Shown here: positions 51,561 to 64,000 of the stretch, in pieces
How the letters are laid out: each line of letters begins with the position of its first letter
Position numbering within the stretch: the stretch's first letter is position 1
Assembly: GCF_001194135.2 (NCBI RefSeq)
Contig: NC_068996.1
Span: 36,809,653 to 36,873,652 of the forward strand
Direction: 5' to 3'
DNA from: Octopus bimaculoides
Lineage: Eukaryota
DNA length: 64,000 nt
Notes under the pieces: model-generated
Database searches by the model: none
What the model was told of the DNA's origin: nothing
The model's input: only the letters and a program-made list of their open reading frames with translations
Position numbers and translations under genes: made by a program

Positions 51561-54500
51561 CAAGCTTTTTAATAAACCTTTCTACTTGAGATATGTCATT
51601 TGTCTCTGGCAGCATTATCATCATCATCATTTAATCCTCCCCCTTCCATGCTGGCATGGGCTGTATCTGTTTTGGTAGGGTTTTTATGGTTGGATGCCCT
51701 TCCTAACACCAACCACTCTACAGTATGGATTGATTGCTTTTTATGTGGCACAAGCACAGGTGAGGTCAGTTTTGGCATGGTTTTTACAGTTGGATGCCCT
51801 TCCAAAAGCCAACCACTTCACAATGTGAACTGAGTGCTTCTTAAGTGGCACCAGCACCTGCAGGATCACCAAGTAACCTGCAATGACAATGATAAAGAAA
51901 GTGCAAGGACTTGAAAGATTAACATGACTTGCCAGTCAAACATAGAGCCCCCGCATGTTGCACAAACAAAATTAGCCACAACTGTTTCCAGAATAAGGGT
52001 CTAATTGGCTGATAATAAGTAGCTGATTATAATACTTTTCACTTGCTGAGATATAAAGAAATTATTAAAAATATCAAATAAAAAATCAAAACAATCCTTG
52101 ATTATTAAAAAAAAACACACAATGATCAATCAATGACTGTCAACTTCAGTTATGCTGGCATTTATCACCTTCCAGATTTGAACCAATGACATCAACGGTT
52201 GGAAATGTTAACCAGCATAGCAAAGCCTTGGAGTCATTGGCATTTGTTCTTGTAACCATTTTCTTTCAATTGATACTATTTTAATCCCTTTCCACCCATT
52301 TCTTTCTGACAGTTCCTTTAAAGACAATTTCTATAATTCTGATGATATTCCAGAATCAAGGGAGCTGCAATTATAACACAATTCTTAGTCATTGCTTAGA
52401 CCTAAGACAGCCATGATCCAACAATCAAAGATGCTCCTATTCATGACAGACCCTGTCTGCTCTTCAGACATAGTACATCTAAAACTACATTATCTGATGT
52501 GTCGATCCTTTTACAAGATACCAAGATGTGAGATTTGGCTGTGATTTCTAACAGATGAAGTAAACCGGTAGAGGCTCTTTCAGTGACTCTATCAGGCTTG
52601 TAGTTGATGATGAGGAAGATGAGTACATATTAGAAAGTATTACTTAAGCTGGAAGAGATTGTTGGGTTAACACTTAATAACAGAGTCAAAGTTCATGAAC
52701 ATGTTGGCAATAAATTTCAATTACATTGTAAGATAGCCAATAATCTATTATACAGAATAATGTATGATGAACATGACAGAATGAATGCACTCTATACAAA
52801 AAAAAACCCCATTAAAAACAAAAATTATGTTCTGAGATACGTATATAAATTACGTTCTGAAATATGTATATAAAGTATGAGTTATTGCTCTAACTTAAAA
52901 ACTGGTGAGGTGGCTTTTGCTGACACAAGCTTTACAAAGAGATATCAATGTAGAAATAGGCTGGACAGGACACATATACACAAAAACTGCATGCAGGTGC
53001 AGGCATAGCTGTGTGGTAAGAAGTTTGCTTCCCAACCACATGGCCCTGAGTTCAAACTCACTGCAGAGCACCTTGGGTAAATGTCTTTTACTATAGCCAC
53101 AGGCCAACCAAAACCTTGTGAGTGGATTTGGTGNNNNNNNNNNNNNNNNNNNNNNNNNNNNNNNNNNNNNNNNNNNNNNNNNNNNNNNNNNNNNNNNNNN
53201 NNNNNNNNNNNNNNNNNNNNNNNNNNNNNNNNNNNNNNNNNNNNNNNNNNNNNTATATATATATACAAACACATGTGTGTGTGTGTTTATGTCCAAAACT
53301 TAGTGGTTCAGTAAAAGAGACTGATAGAATAAGTACCAGGCTTAAAAAAAAAAAGTATCAAGGCTGATTCATTTGAGTTAAAGTACCTTAAGGCAGTGCC
53401 CCAGCATGGCTGCAGTCTAATGACTAAAATGAGTAAAAGGTATTAATAATAAAGACCCATGTTAAAATCTTGTGTGTGTGTGTGTGTGTGTGTGTGCTAA
53501 GTGGTTGACATTGGGAAGGGCATCCAGCAGGAGATACCATGCCAAAGCAGACACTAGAGCTTGACACAGCCCTCTGGCTTATCTGTTTATGTTGAACCAT
53601 CTAACTCATGCCAGTATGGTAATAGGGATGATAAATGATGACAATGATGATACCATCATCATATATAATGTTCATTTTGCCATGCCTGTATGGATCAGAC
53701 AGAATTTGTTGAAGCAGATTTTTCTAAAGCTGGATGCTCTTCCTGTCACCAACCCTCACCTGTTTCCAAGTAAGGTTATATTTTCCCATGGCCAGACATG
53801 GTTTTACAGAAGACTGGAAATGAACATCACTTGTATGATGGTGAAACTCATTTGCAATTAATTATCACACAATATCAAAACAATGGTTCACACATATATA
53901 TACATATTCTTTTATTCATTTCAGTCATTTGATTGTGGCCATGCTGGAGCATCACTTTAGTCGAATCAAATCGACCCCAGGACTTATTTTTTGTAAGCCC
54001 AGTACTTATTTTATCAGTTTCTTTTGCCACACCACTAAGTTACAGGGATGTAAACACACCAACATCAGTTGTCAAGCAATGGTGGGGAGCAAACAGAGAC
54101 ACACACACACATATACGACAGGCTTCTTTCAGTTTCCGTCTACCAAATCCACTCACAAAGCTTTGGTCAGCCCGAAGACACTTTCCACAGTGGGATTAAA
54201 CCCGCAATCATGTGGTTGGGAAGCAAGCTTGTTACTGCACAGCCACTATGCGATATCATATGAAAGAAAGGCATAAATGCAGTTAAGACTAAGCATATTT
54301 CCAAAGCAGAAAACATCCATATCATAAGTTTAAAATAACCTCGTAATTTATGATGTAATCCACCACTTTGACAGGTGCAAACCGCCAGGTATCAAACCTT
54401 ATGTCAAAATGGTTATCAAAACATTACAAGAAAGAATGAAAAAGTTATACTGTGGGAGCAGCAAATGGCTTCGTTAGATATGAGAGAAGCTGATGTGTGT

Positions 54501-55158
54501 TCATGTGTGTGTGTTATTTTATTTCTGTTTCTATGAGAAATGACTTTTTGTTATTAATGAATCTTTTACCATTCTGTTCTTTTACTATTCTACTTCAATT
54601 TATAAATGCTCCTTTCTTGTGAGTTCAAAATTTGTTTTCATTGGCGTCCACTTGATGCAGTTATCTAATCAGCGGGTCGAAAGCCATGTCACCTTGAATA
54701 TACAATGTAGATAAATTATGTAGAGAAGGAAATGGTATCTTTGAGACCCCTCACCATTTCTGTGTTTGTCAGATCTATAGAGAAGACGTGTGATTAACTT
54801 ATATATGTTGTTTTAAGTGGTTCCAATTCTTGGACCTAGTTGCTCTTTGTGTCTATGAGCAAGGTACATCATTTCCCTTGTCTCAATCCACACAGCTGAA
54901 AATCAGTACCCGCAACAGCTAGGGATATGGGAAAGGTAACCCTGCAACCTCATATCGGAGGGATTCTGGGCTCTTGCACTCTTGTTAACAATATAGAAAA
55001 CCATGAAAAAGTTCCACCTAATGAGCTTTATCTTCCTGACAACCATTATTACATTTAATATGTATGCATATATTACACAAATATATACATATGTGTGTGT
55101 GCACACATAAATATAAGCAGGTTTTGCATCTTTTACTTTCCCTTGGTGTACCTCTTGC

Positions 55159-55449
55159 CAGTGGCAGACTGGGTCTAAAAATATTGGTTGCCAGGAGACT
55201 AAGGGAGCCCACCTGCAACTACAATGGTATTATTTAATATATTTTTTTTTATGTTAAAAGTATTCTTTTCAACTGTCTACAAACACAGCCTGGCTGAAAT
55301 AATGCATTCTTCCAGGAGTGAATAAAAAATTCTCAAACTTGATGGGATGGGCCCCTTAGATACTAACATGGGCCCCCATATATGGATTCTAATGGCACAG
55401 GGGCCCACTTGCCATCAGGCAAGCTGGCAGCCTGGCCAGTCCACCAATG
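55159..55449. mobile_element. hAT-type MITE with a perfect 8-bp target-site duplication
   Basis: CCTCTTGC at 55151-55158 and 55450-55457; TIRs CAGTGGCAGACTGG / CCAGTCCACCAATG. Confidence 0.85.
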
Positions 55450-55790
55450 CCTCTTGCACTCCGAAGTTTTTGTAATATTGCTGTACGATAGCATAGGCTT
55501 ACATGTACTTCTCATACTACACACACACACACACACAACTTTGTTTGTGATATCGTAATGACATATCTTCTAATTGATGTAGCCTTTCTTACTGTGTGAA
55601 GATACTTTAGACACTTTATTCTTACTTAGCTAATTAAATCAAATAAGTTGAAGTTTTGTTTGTTTGCTCACTTTGAAGTGACGTGTTCACTTGGAATTAT
55701 AACTACTGTTGTCTCATATGGTTTATATACATATTTTTCTTCATCAAAATGGTTTGGTCTTGTAGTATACTGAAAATATCAACATATTTT

Positions 55791-56200
55791 ATAGGAGTGG
55801 CTGTGTGGTATGTAGCTTGCTTACAAACCACATGGTTCCAGGTTCAGTGCCACTGCATGGCACCTTGGGCAAGTGTCTTCTACTATAGCCTCGGGCCAAC
55901 CAAAGCCTTGTGAATGGATTTGGTAGATGGAAACTGAAAGAAGCCTGTTATATATATATGTACATATATGTATGTGTGTGTGTATGTATATATGTTTGTG
56001 CCTGTGTTTGTCCTCACCAACCATTGCTTGACAACCGATGTTAGTGTGTTTACGTCCCCGTAACTTAGTGGTTCAGCAAAAGAGACCGATAAAATAAGTC
56101 CTGGGGTAGACTTGTTCAACTAAAAAAACAAAAACAGCGGTGCTCCAGCATGGCCGCAGTCAAATGACTGAAACAAATAAAAGAATAAAAGAAAAAAATA
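55791..56200 (+). mobile_element. Full-length bipartite tRNA-headed SINE (head, central microsatellite, tail)
   Basis: A-box-like 'tggctgtgtggt', B-box-like 'ggttcagtgcc', then 'gcaccttgggcaagtgtcttc...gaaactgaaagaagcc', a (TA/TG)n tract, and tail 'gtttgtcc...aaagagaccgat...ctccagcatggccgcagtcaaatgactgaaac'. Confidence 0.9.
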
Positions 56201-56539
56201 AGAAAGAATATTGATAATTAGTAGGAGTGTACTGACATAGTTTCTCTCCACTATTATTCTCCAGTGACCAGTGTTTCTCTTCTGTCATTTATTTCTCCCT
56301 CCCTTCTGAACCTCATCCTACTGTCACCTACACATCATTCCTAAAACCCTCTTATTGACAACCAACCCACCCATCTTTGTTTCCCACTTGATATATTCAC
56401 CTCTCTAGACCTCTGACCTCCTCAACCTTATCATCAAAGGTTACTCACTCTCTTTCTCAAAAGTTTAGCAACTTTCACCCATCCACCTATAATCTCCCTA
56501 ACGTCATCATTATCTAGTTTTATTATTATTATTATCATT

Positions 56540-56760
56540 AAGATGGTGAGCTGGCAGAATGCTTAGCATGCTGGACAAAATCTTTAGCAGTATTCGCCCA
56601 TTGCTACATTCTGAGTTCAAATTCCACTGAGATCGACTTAACCTTTCATCCTTTTGGGGTCAATAAATTAAGTACCAGTTGAGTACTGGGGCCAATGTAA
56701 TCAACTACCCCCTCCCACAAATTTCAGGCCTTGTGCCTATAATAGAAAAGATTATTAGTA
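56540..56760 (+). mobile_element. Third SINE family ('ctgagttcaaattcc...gac..cctttcatcc' core)
   Basis: Related copies at ~10560-10830, 27290-27390(-), 44740-44880(-), 47500-47800(+) and 58985-59280(-). Confidence 0.75.
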
Positions 56761-57883
56761 TTCTGCTACTCTTCATTCTTTCTGCACTGCCAGTCATCAC
56801 CACTTTTCCCCTAAGCTACTTCTATTGTCACCCACTCTCATTCTTTTCATCTCACATTTACCATTAACCACACCTCCATTCTTGATCACCATTCACTACA
56901 GTTATTCTTACTTCCATCTCCAACTGTCTTTCATTCTCTTCCCTTGCAACCTTTACCCATCTGCCCTTCTTGATCTGCTCCCAGTCTCTCTCTTATTTAC
57001 CTTCTTGTACCTTGAGGTTACTTTTGTCACCACTATCTTTATCCCTCATTCCAGCTTTAGGCCCATTACATTCACTAACTCTCATATAATGCAGGGTATC
57101 ATATATCTTCTCCACAACAACAAACCTGTTCTTGTCTCTTTATCATACTTTAACTTCTTAACACCTAATGTAAAGCTTTCCTCCCTAACTACTACACTCT
57201 TATGTAGCCGAGAATACTCTTACAAGCTACATGGCCACCTCACTAACATTGATGCCATGAGAAAGGAAATAAAACCCACCAAATACACTCTGTAAATAGT
57301 CAGTATCAAGAAGGGCACCCAGCCATAGAAACCATGTCAGAGCAGACACTGGAGCTTGGTGCTGTCCATCTCACTGGATCCCGTCAAGCACTCCAGCCAC
57401 TCAGTATCCTCTCAGCCATTCTTGCATGAAAATGCAAGTTTCCTCCATCACAGAATGTCACTTTTTATCACAGTCCCTTGTCATTTCTTTTATGAGGTCC
57501 AGCATTTTGAATTCAGTTTTCAACATTTTATCTACAATACAATTCCAATACTATGTTACCTACCTGCAGCTTGCTTTGACCACATCTCTTGATTGTGGCC
57601 CACAGCAGATAGTCCTGTACAAACACCTGGTTATTCTCTATATTAAAATTCTGAAGGCAGGTTAAGATAACCTGCCTTCAAATACTTTGAGTAGTACTTC
57701 TCTAAATGACTGTTTAAGCTTCTAAATCTTCCTTCTCCAAGCTGTTTTAATCCTCTGAGTTCACCTAGTTGTAATTCTGAAATAAGTAATCACAATACTC
57801 TATCAGATGGTACGTGCTTCACCTGCAAAATCATAGCATTTAATGCCATCTGTCTATATTGAGGTCCGGTGAGAATAAAGTCA

Positions 57884-57916
<33 letters not shown>

Positions 57917-58300
57917 CCTACCTACTGACTTACCTAACCATCTATCTATTTGAAACGACTGGAGAAGATGGTGTCATATGGGACTAGTAAACTTTGAAAC
58001 AGAAAGAATCCTTCACTATAACCAGATGCATGAAAACAGATAGCAAATCTTGCAAATTAACACTGTCCCAGTTGTGACTTTGCCGTCAGGTCAAATGCTG
58101 GCTTAACAAACCATCCCAATGCTCATGTTACTCGAATGTAAGTCAAACATGTGCAACCTACAACTGATTGCGTAAAACACCTTAGACTGAATATACATAT
58201 ACACAGGCATTGAATTGCATAAAGTTCTTTGTCCACATTAAAATTGTAATAATGAAAATAAATTAAGTGTACTGTAGGATTTTTATTTGTGGATGGTGTG

Positions 58301-58331
<31 letters not shown>

Positions 58332-58895
58332 ATGAGGTATGAAGTTTGCTCCCCATCTACATAGCACATTAGGCAAGTATCTCCTTGTATAGCCCCAGGT
58401 CAACCAAAGCCTGGGAGTAGATTTGATAAATGGAAACTGAAAGAAGCCCATCATATATATCCATATATACATAGTAGGGTGTTGGATTCATGATTGTAAG
58501 ATTGTGGTTTTGATTCCTGGATCAAGCAATGCATTGTATACTTTGTGTGCATGCATGTGTGTGTGTGTGTGTTTGTCCCTCACCACTCTTAACAACTGGA
58601 GGTCTGTTCACCTCTGTAACTTAGAGGTTCAGCAAAAGAGGTTGATTGAATAAGTACAAGGCTTTAAAAAATTAGTACTGGAATTAACTCATTTTGACTA
58701 AAACACTTCAAGGTGATGTCCAACCATGGCCACAATCTAATGATTGGAAAAAGTAAAAGATAAAAAATGTATGTATGTATATATCTATATATATATATAT
58801 ATCTATATATATATATATATANNNNNNNNNNTCAGTCAAATCGTCCAACCCATGCTAGCATGGAAAGCGGACGTTAAACGACGATGATGATGATG

Positions 58896-58965
<70 letters not shown>

Positions 58966-59474
58966 GTGCACACACACACATATATAAATACAAACACATT
59001 TCTTTATTGCCCACAGGGAGCTAAACATAGAGGGAACAAACAAGGACAAACAAAAGGATTAAGTCGATTATACCGACCCCAGTGTGTAACTGGTACTTAT
59101 TTAATCAACCCGCGAAAGGATGAAAGGCTAAGTTGACCTTAGTGGAATTNNNNNNNNNNGCGAAAGGATGAAAGGCTAAGTTGACCTTAGTGGAATTTGA
59201 ACTCAGAACGTAGTGGCAGATGAAATACCGCTAAGCAATTCGCTTGGCATGCTAACAATTCAGCCAGCTTGCCGTCTTATCTATACAAACACATATAGGC
59301 GCAGGCATGATTGTGCAGTAAGAAGTTTGCTTCCCAATGAGATGGTTCTGGGTTCAGTTCCACTTCATGACATCTTGGTCAAATGTCTTCTGCTATAGCT
59401 CATAGGTCTATCAAAGTCTTGTGAGTGGAAACTGAAAGAAGCCCATCATATATATTTGTATATCTGTATTTCTA

Positions 59475-60112
59475 TGTATTTATACCCACTACCACTGGAC
59501 AGTTACTGTTGGTTTGTTTACATTCCCATAACTAATCAGTTTGACAATAGAATGAGCATCAGGTTCACCTTCACACATGGCCTCAGACACAACACGGAGA
59601 CCTACACCAAGTGCCTGGAGGAGGAAGTGCTGCCCTAGGTCAAGAGGATGGCTGCTAGAAGACTATGTCTGACAACAAAACTCTGTACCATGCCACACAA
59701 GCAGGAGAACCCAGTCATGGCTGTCAGACAATTTCTGCAACCATATCACCCCTAACATTTGACCACCTAACTCCCCAGGCTACAACACTCTTGATTATTA
59801 CGCGTGGGTCACGGTTGAGCGAGAGACCATCAAAACTCCTTGTAACTCCGAAGATGAACTGAAGGCAAGGATTATGGTAGCATTCACCAACTTAAACAAG
59901 GAAATGGTCCAGAAGAGTTGCAGGAGATTCCGAAGTTGTCTGGAGGTTGTGGTTGAAGCCAATGGTAATTTTATTGAATAAATTTACTCTTCAGTATTTC
60001 AAGATATCTGTTCATAATTTTGGTAAATATATCTGTTAAAATGAGATGTCAGTGTTATTTTCATTTTTGCGTAATTTACATGACAATATATTCACCGCAC
60101 CCTATATATATA

Positions 60113-60151
<39 letters not shown>

Positions 60152-60581
60152 CATATATATATAGGCATAAATATATATATCCCAATCAACATCATTAACA
60201 TTCAACATCCATGCTTCATGCTACCATGTTGTGTGAGTCTCTCTCAGTAGACAGCCTTGTGAGCAGATGTTTGGTAGCAGATTTTTGGCAACAGGGAGGG
60301 CACTCAACTATAGAAAGTCTACCTGAATGACTACTACCTGATCCATGCAAACATGAAAATGGAACATTAAAACTTTAAAGATGAAATACACATACATATA
60401 TACACATGTATTTGTATACAGGTGTGTATAAGTGCATATATATATATATATATATATATATTTATTTGTATTTATACCCACTACCACTGGACAGTTACTG
60501 TTGGTTTGTTTACATTTCCATAACTAATCAGTTTGACAATAGAATGAGCATCAGGTTCACCTTCACACATGGCCTCAGACA
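59475..60581 (+). repeat. 115-bp direct duplication bracketing the mariner fragment
   Basis: 59475-59589 matches 60467-60581 (one difference seen: cattccc / catttcc). Confidence 0.9.
59560..60104 (+). mobile_element. Tc1/mariner transposase 3' fragment of DD37D (maT) type with right TIR
   Basis: 'FTFTHGLRHNTETYTKCLEEEVLP*VKR..YV*QQNSVPCHTSRRTQSWLSDNFCNHITPNI*PPNSPGYNTLDYYAW..VERET...ELKARIMVAF...VVEANGNFIE*'. There are 37 residues between the second catalytic position (QQN, mutated from D) and the last D. The element ends '...caccgcaccctata|ta'. Confidence 0.85.
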
Positions 60582-60692
60582 TATATATATACATATACAC
60601 ACATACATATACTCACATGTATACACATATACATACACAAGTATACACATATACATACACAAGTATATACACATACATTCACAAGTAAATAC

Positions 60693-60730
<38 letters not shown>

Positions 60731-60739
60731 TTACACATA

Positions 60740-61222
60740 AATAGAAACGTATAGTGTGAGTGTGTGTTACAGAAAGCCAATGACGTTTGACCAATTTCCA
60801 AGGTGTCTTGGGTGCAGAGATGAAGAAAAAAAAACGTTTTCTTCAATCCGCCTTCCTGCACATCCATAATCGCATCGGTATAACATCATCATCTGCCATT
60901 ACCGAAGTCGTTCGTGGTCGTCGTTAGAGCTGAAGATTTTCGTCAGTTTTTTACTGCAGTCTTCCTCCATCTTCCACCAGTCACTCTGACAAACCGTCAT
61001 TCACCACTTGCTCTCTCCACGGTTGGGCATATGGCTGGATATCATTCCATGTAACATCCACCGCACGCACCACTAACATTTAAAAAACTCTTGTCACCAG
61101 TGAGCTCTGCCAATACAACTGAATCCTGAGGTCTTAGAAAGCAACACTTCATGCATTCATACCATATTTCACACTACCGATATGAATACATCATGTATTC
61201 GCAGGAACATAGAATTACGTAT

Positions 61223-61287
<65 letters not shown>

Positions 61288-61521
61288 TGCTTATGAGAAG
61301 TTGTGTGTGTGTGTGTGTGTGTGTGTTAGAATGCATATGCCAGTGCAAATATGTGTGATTTTATATATATATATACACACACACATACATATGTTAAGGC
61401 AAGTGAATAATTTAGATATAAGCGTGTGAAAACTTGTGTATGCATATATGTGTGTATGAGTATGGAGGGGTATGTAAATGAGATTATAAAAAGGAAAATG
61501 TATGAACACATGTAAAAGTAC

Positions 61522-61567
<46 letters not shown>

Positions 61568-61780
61568 CAGCATGACCGCAGCCACTTGGCTGAAACACAT
61601 AAATAAATAAATAAATAAATATATATATATATGTGTGTGTATGTATGTATGTATGTATGTATGTATATATATGTACTCTATACGATTACGTAGCGGCATT
61701 ATCTATGAAAATATATAACTGTCACCACCTAATAGCGACAGGCCTGTCTTTCAGCCTTGCAATATTACATTTAAATACAG

Positions 61781-61821
<41 letters not shown>

Positions 61822-62480
61822 TGTGTGTGTGTACACGTTCACGCTGCGATGAAACTGATCTGCACCTGGCGTGTGTAGTCTTGTTTCAGAAATTTCATTT
61901 TACATTTTCTTTTTTCGCATCTCAAATCCATTAGTAAATGTCTTAAGTGGAATGGAACTAGAAACCCCGAGGTACTGACATCACACACACGCACATGTAT
62001 GTATGTATGTATGTGTGTGTGTACACATACGTAACACATCACTACAAACACACACACACACATACATTTATACATATGGACGTATATACACACACAAATG
62101 TATGTACATATACATATGTATGTACATACACATATATGTACATACACATATAGGTACGTATATGCACATACACACTCAAATAATACTATATATCTGCAAC
62201 TTGCTAATTCAGAGACGAGAAGTCCGTCTGACGAAGATGTTTGAACCCCAGAACGTTTACAGATGATCATTAACAAAATAGCATTGGTTAAGCTCAACAG
62301 TTACTTGTCGTTTCACATAGCAATCCTCTCGTTGTGTCTGCGTTAATATCTTTCTGATTTAAATAGCCAATTTGTCATTTTGTCTTGTCATATCTAGCTA
62401 TCAATCTATTTGGAACAACGGACACACGAAGACTATTTGCCTACCTGCCTTATCTATATCGACATAGAACAATGTATATA
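60740..62480. promoter_or_regulatory. CpG-retaining unique sequence with CCAAT/TGACGT/CCAAT cluster (60776-60796); candidate promoter or first-exon region
   Basis: CpG is visibly frequent in the non-repeat stretches (e.g. 'ccgaagtcgttcgtggtcgtcg'), versus strong TG/CA excess in the rest of the window; 'agccaatgacgtttgaccaat'. Confidence 0.35.
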
Positions 62481-62649
62481 CTGATGTCATCACCATACCT
62501 TTCTACCTTGTGTATACACAAACACACACATACATATGTATGTATATATATACACAACTGCATAATTATATACATATACATGCATATAGATACATATACA
62601 TACACATATATACATACATATGTATACATACGAAAACCTGTAGTTTTAA

Positions 62650-63425
62650 AGACCTTCACATAGAATGATTAGTGTCTCTATGCAGATGAAATTACAGGCA
62701 AAGCTAAAAATGCTTTCGGCAAACTTCGTCATCATCTGATGTGTGAACAGGAAATCTAATTAGAAACAAAAATTACTGTCTGCCAGGTTATTTGTACTCT
62801 ATTTTATGGACTGGAATCTTGGGTGTCCTCTCGAACACATATCAACCAGCTTGTCTTTCTGAAGCAAAGTCTTCGGACCATCTGTGGATATAGCCTGAAT
62901 TTTGAATACAGGCCTAATTTCTAAATGTATTGGCAGTACAGCAGTCTTTCTTTTGAAATTCCAGTTAAAGATGGATTGGTTATGTTATCGAAATGAGTGA
63001 CAAGAGAATTCCAAAAGTCCTTATGTAGAGCCGTTTCCATGATGGAAGGAATATCATAGGAACACCACGGCTTAGGTACAAGAATAAGCTCAAAGCTAAC
63101 CTGAAAGTGACTAAGATCTCTTCAATGGAAACATTTGGGAAAAAACTTCACTGAATTTCAGTGAATGGAGGTTAACTTGCTATAAAGCCACAAAGAACTA
63201 TCCTTTGAGCCATTAGGATCATTTNNNNNNNNNNCTGAATTTCAGTGAATGGAGGTTAACTTGCTATAAAGCCACAAAGAACTATCCTTTGAGCCATTAG
63301 GATCATTTGAAAGAGCACAGACAAAGTATTGAATTAACATGCCAGCCACTTTCTCTAACAATCTTCTCTCATGTCCAAATTGTGGGCTTCTCTGCAAACA
63401 ACTGGCACAACTGAAGTCTCAAGAG
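62650..63425 (+). mobile_element. Decayed RTE/BovB-like LINE 3' part (a different subfamily from the 33-kb RTE)
   Basis: 'DEITGKAKNAFGKLR...LETKITVCQVICTLFYGLESW', 'FQL(R)WIGYVIEMSDKRIPKVLM...GTPRLRYKNKLKANLK' and a terminal 'LSCPNCGLLCKQ' zinc-knuckle-like motif. Confidence 0.8.
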
Positions 63426-63654
63426 AGAGAGACAATGACTATATATATATATATATATGTATCCAATTAAATGAAGAAAAGAAAATGGAGATACGGAAGT
63501 TACCAATTATTTATTAACAAATTGGTCATCTTCGCTTAGGCATACCCATACTAATAACATGGTGCTAAAACTCAATGTACATATTCTTCAGAAAAAGATG
63601 CCAGTCGAGAAAAGAGCATAAGAGATTATCATATAAATGTCATTCATTTAATTA

Positions 63655-64000
63655 CACACACATATGTATATATAACACATACATATGCATATATATTCAT
63701 ATATATATATATGCATATATATACAAGTATATACTTGCATATATATGCATACATATGCATATATATATACATATATACATGCATATATATGCATACATAT
63801 GCATATATATATACATATATACATGCATATATATATATACATATATACATGCATATATATATACATGCATACATATATACATGCATATATATATACATGC
63901 ATATATACATGCATATATATATACATATATATGCATATATATATACATATATATGCATATATATATACATATATATGCATATATATATACATACATATGT
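63655..64000. repeat. Compound (TA)n/TGCA/TACA low-complexity satellite
   Basis: Units such as atatatatgc / atatatacatgc run to the window end. Confidence 0.95.

Noticed and set aside
57815-57835. Second AG|GT junction on the minus strand (gattttgcag|gtgaag)
   Set aside because: Short pyrimidine tract and weak donor; expected by chance.
59099-59200. Short duplications across 10-N gaps (also 63149-63308)
   Set aside because: Typical unmerged contig overlaps, i.e. assembly artefacts.

Overview
AT-rich, repeat-saturated eukaryotic genomic DNA from a gapped short-read-type assembly (11 N-gaps, many bounded by (TA)n/(TG)n tracts). The repeat landscape suggests an octopus/coleoid cephalopod; this is inference, not a database match. 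It comprises several tRNA-headed SINE families, RTE-clade LINE remnants with (ATG)n tails, TTAA-flanked piggyBac-type MITEs, hAT-type MITEs, a DD37D/maT mariner fragment and dense microsatellites. I cannot identify any host gene with confidence, and almost all ORFs in the supplied track are microsatellite, gap or TE artefacts. Several well-formed minus-strand splice-site pairs suggest the window is largely intronic to one or two minus-strand genes, but the peptides are unidentified. Most noteworthy observations: (1) a consensus recursive-splice-site-like junction, Y-tract-CAG|GTGAGT, followed by a 32-nt exon with its own GTAAGT donor at 30.9 kb; (2) a stop-free Hero-like restriction-like-endonuclease (RLE) retroelement fragment nested antisense inside a decayed R4/Dong-like RLE element; (3) an internally deleted RTE whose endonuclease N-terminus is fused in frame to the post-RT C-terminus; (4) two long near-perfect palindromes plus inverted MITE pairs (potential dsRNA); (5) hammerhead-core-like motifs in Penelope-type remnants; (6) two CpG-retaining promoter-like islands. 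No complete, clearly novel multi-gene system is evident from the sequence alone.
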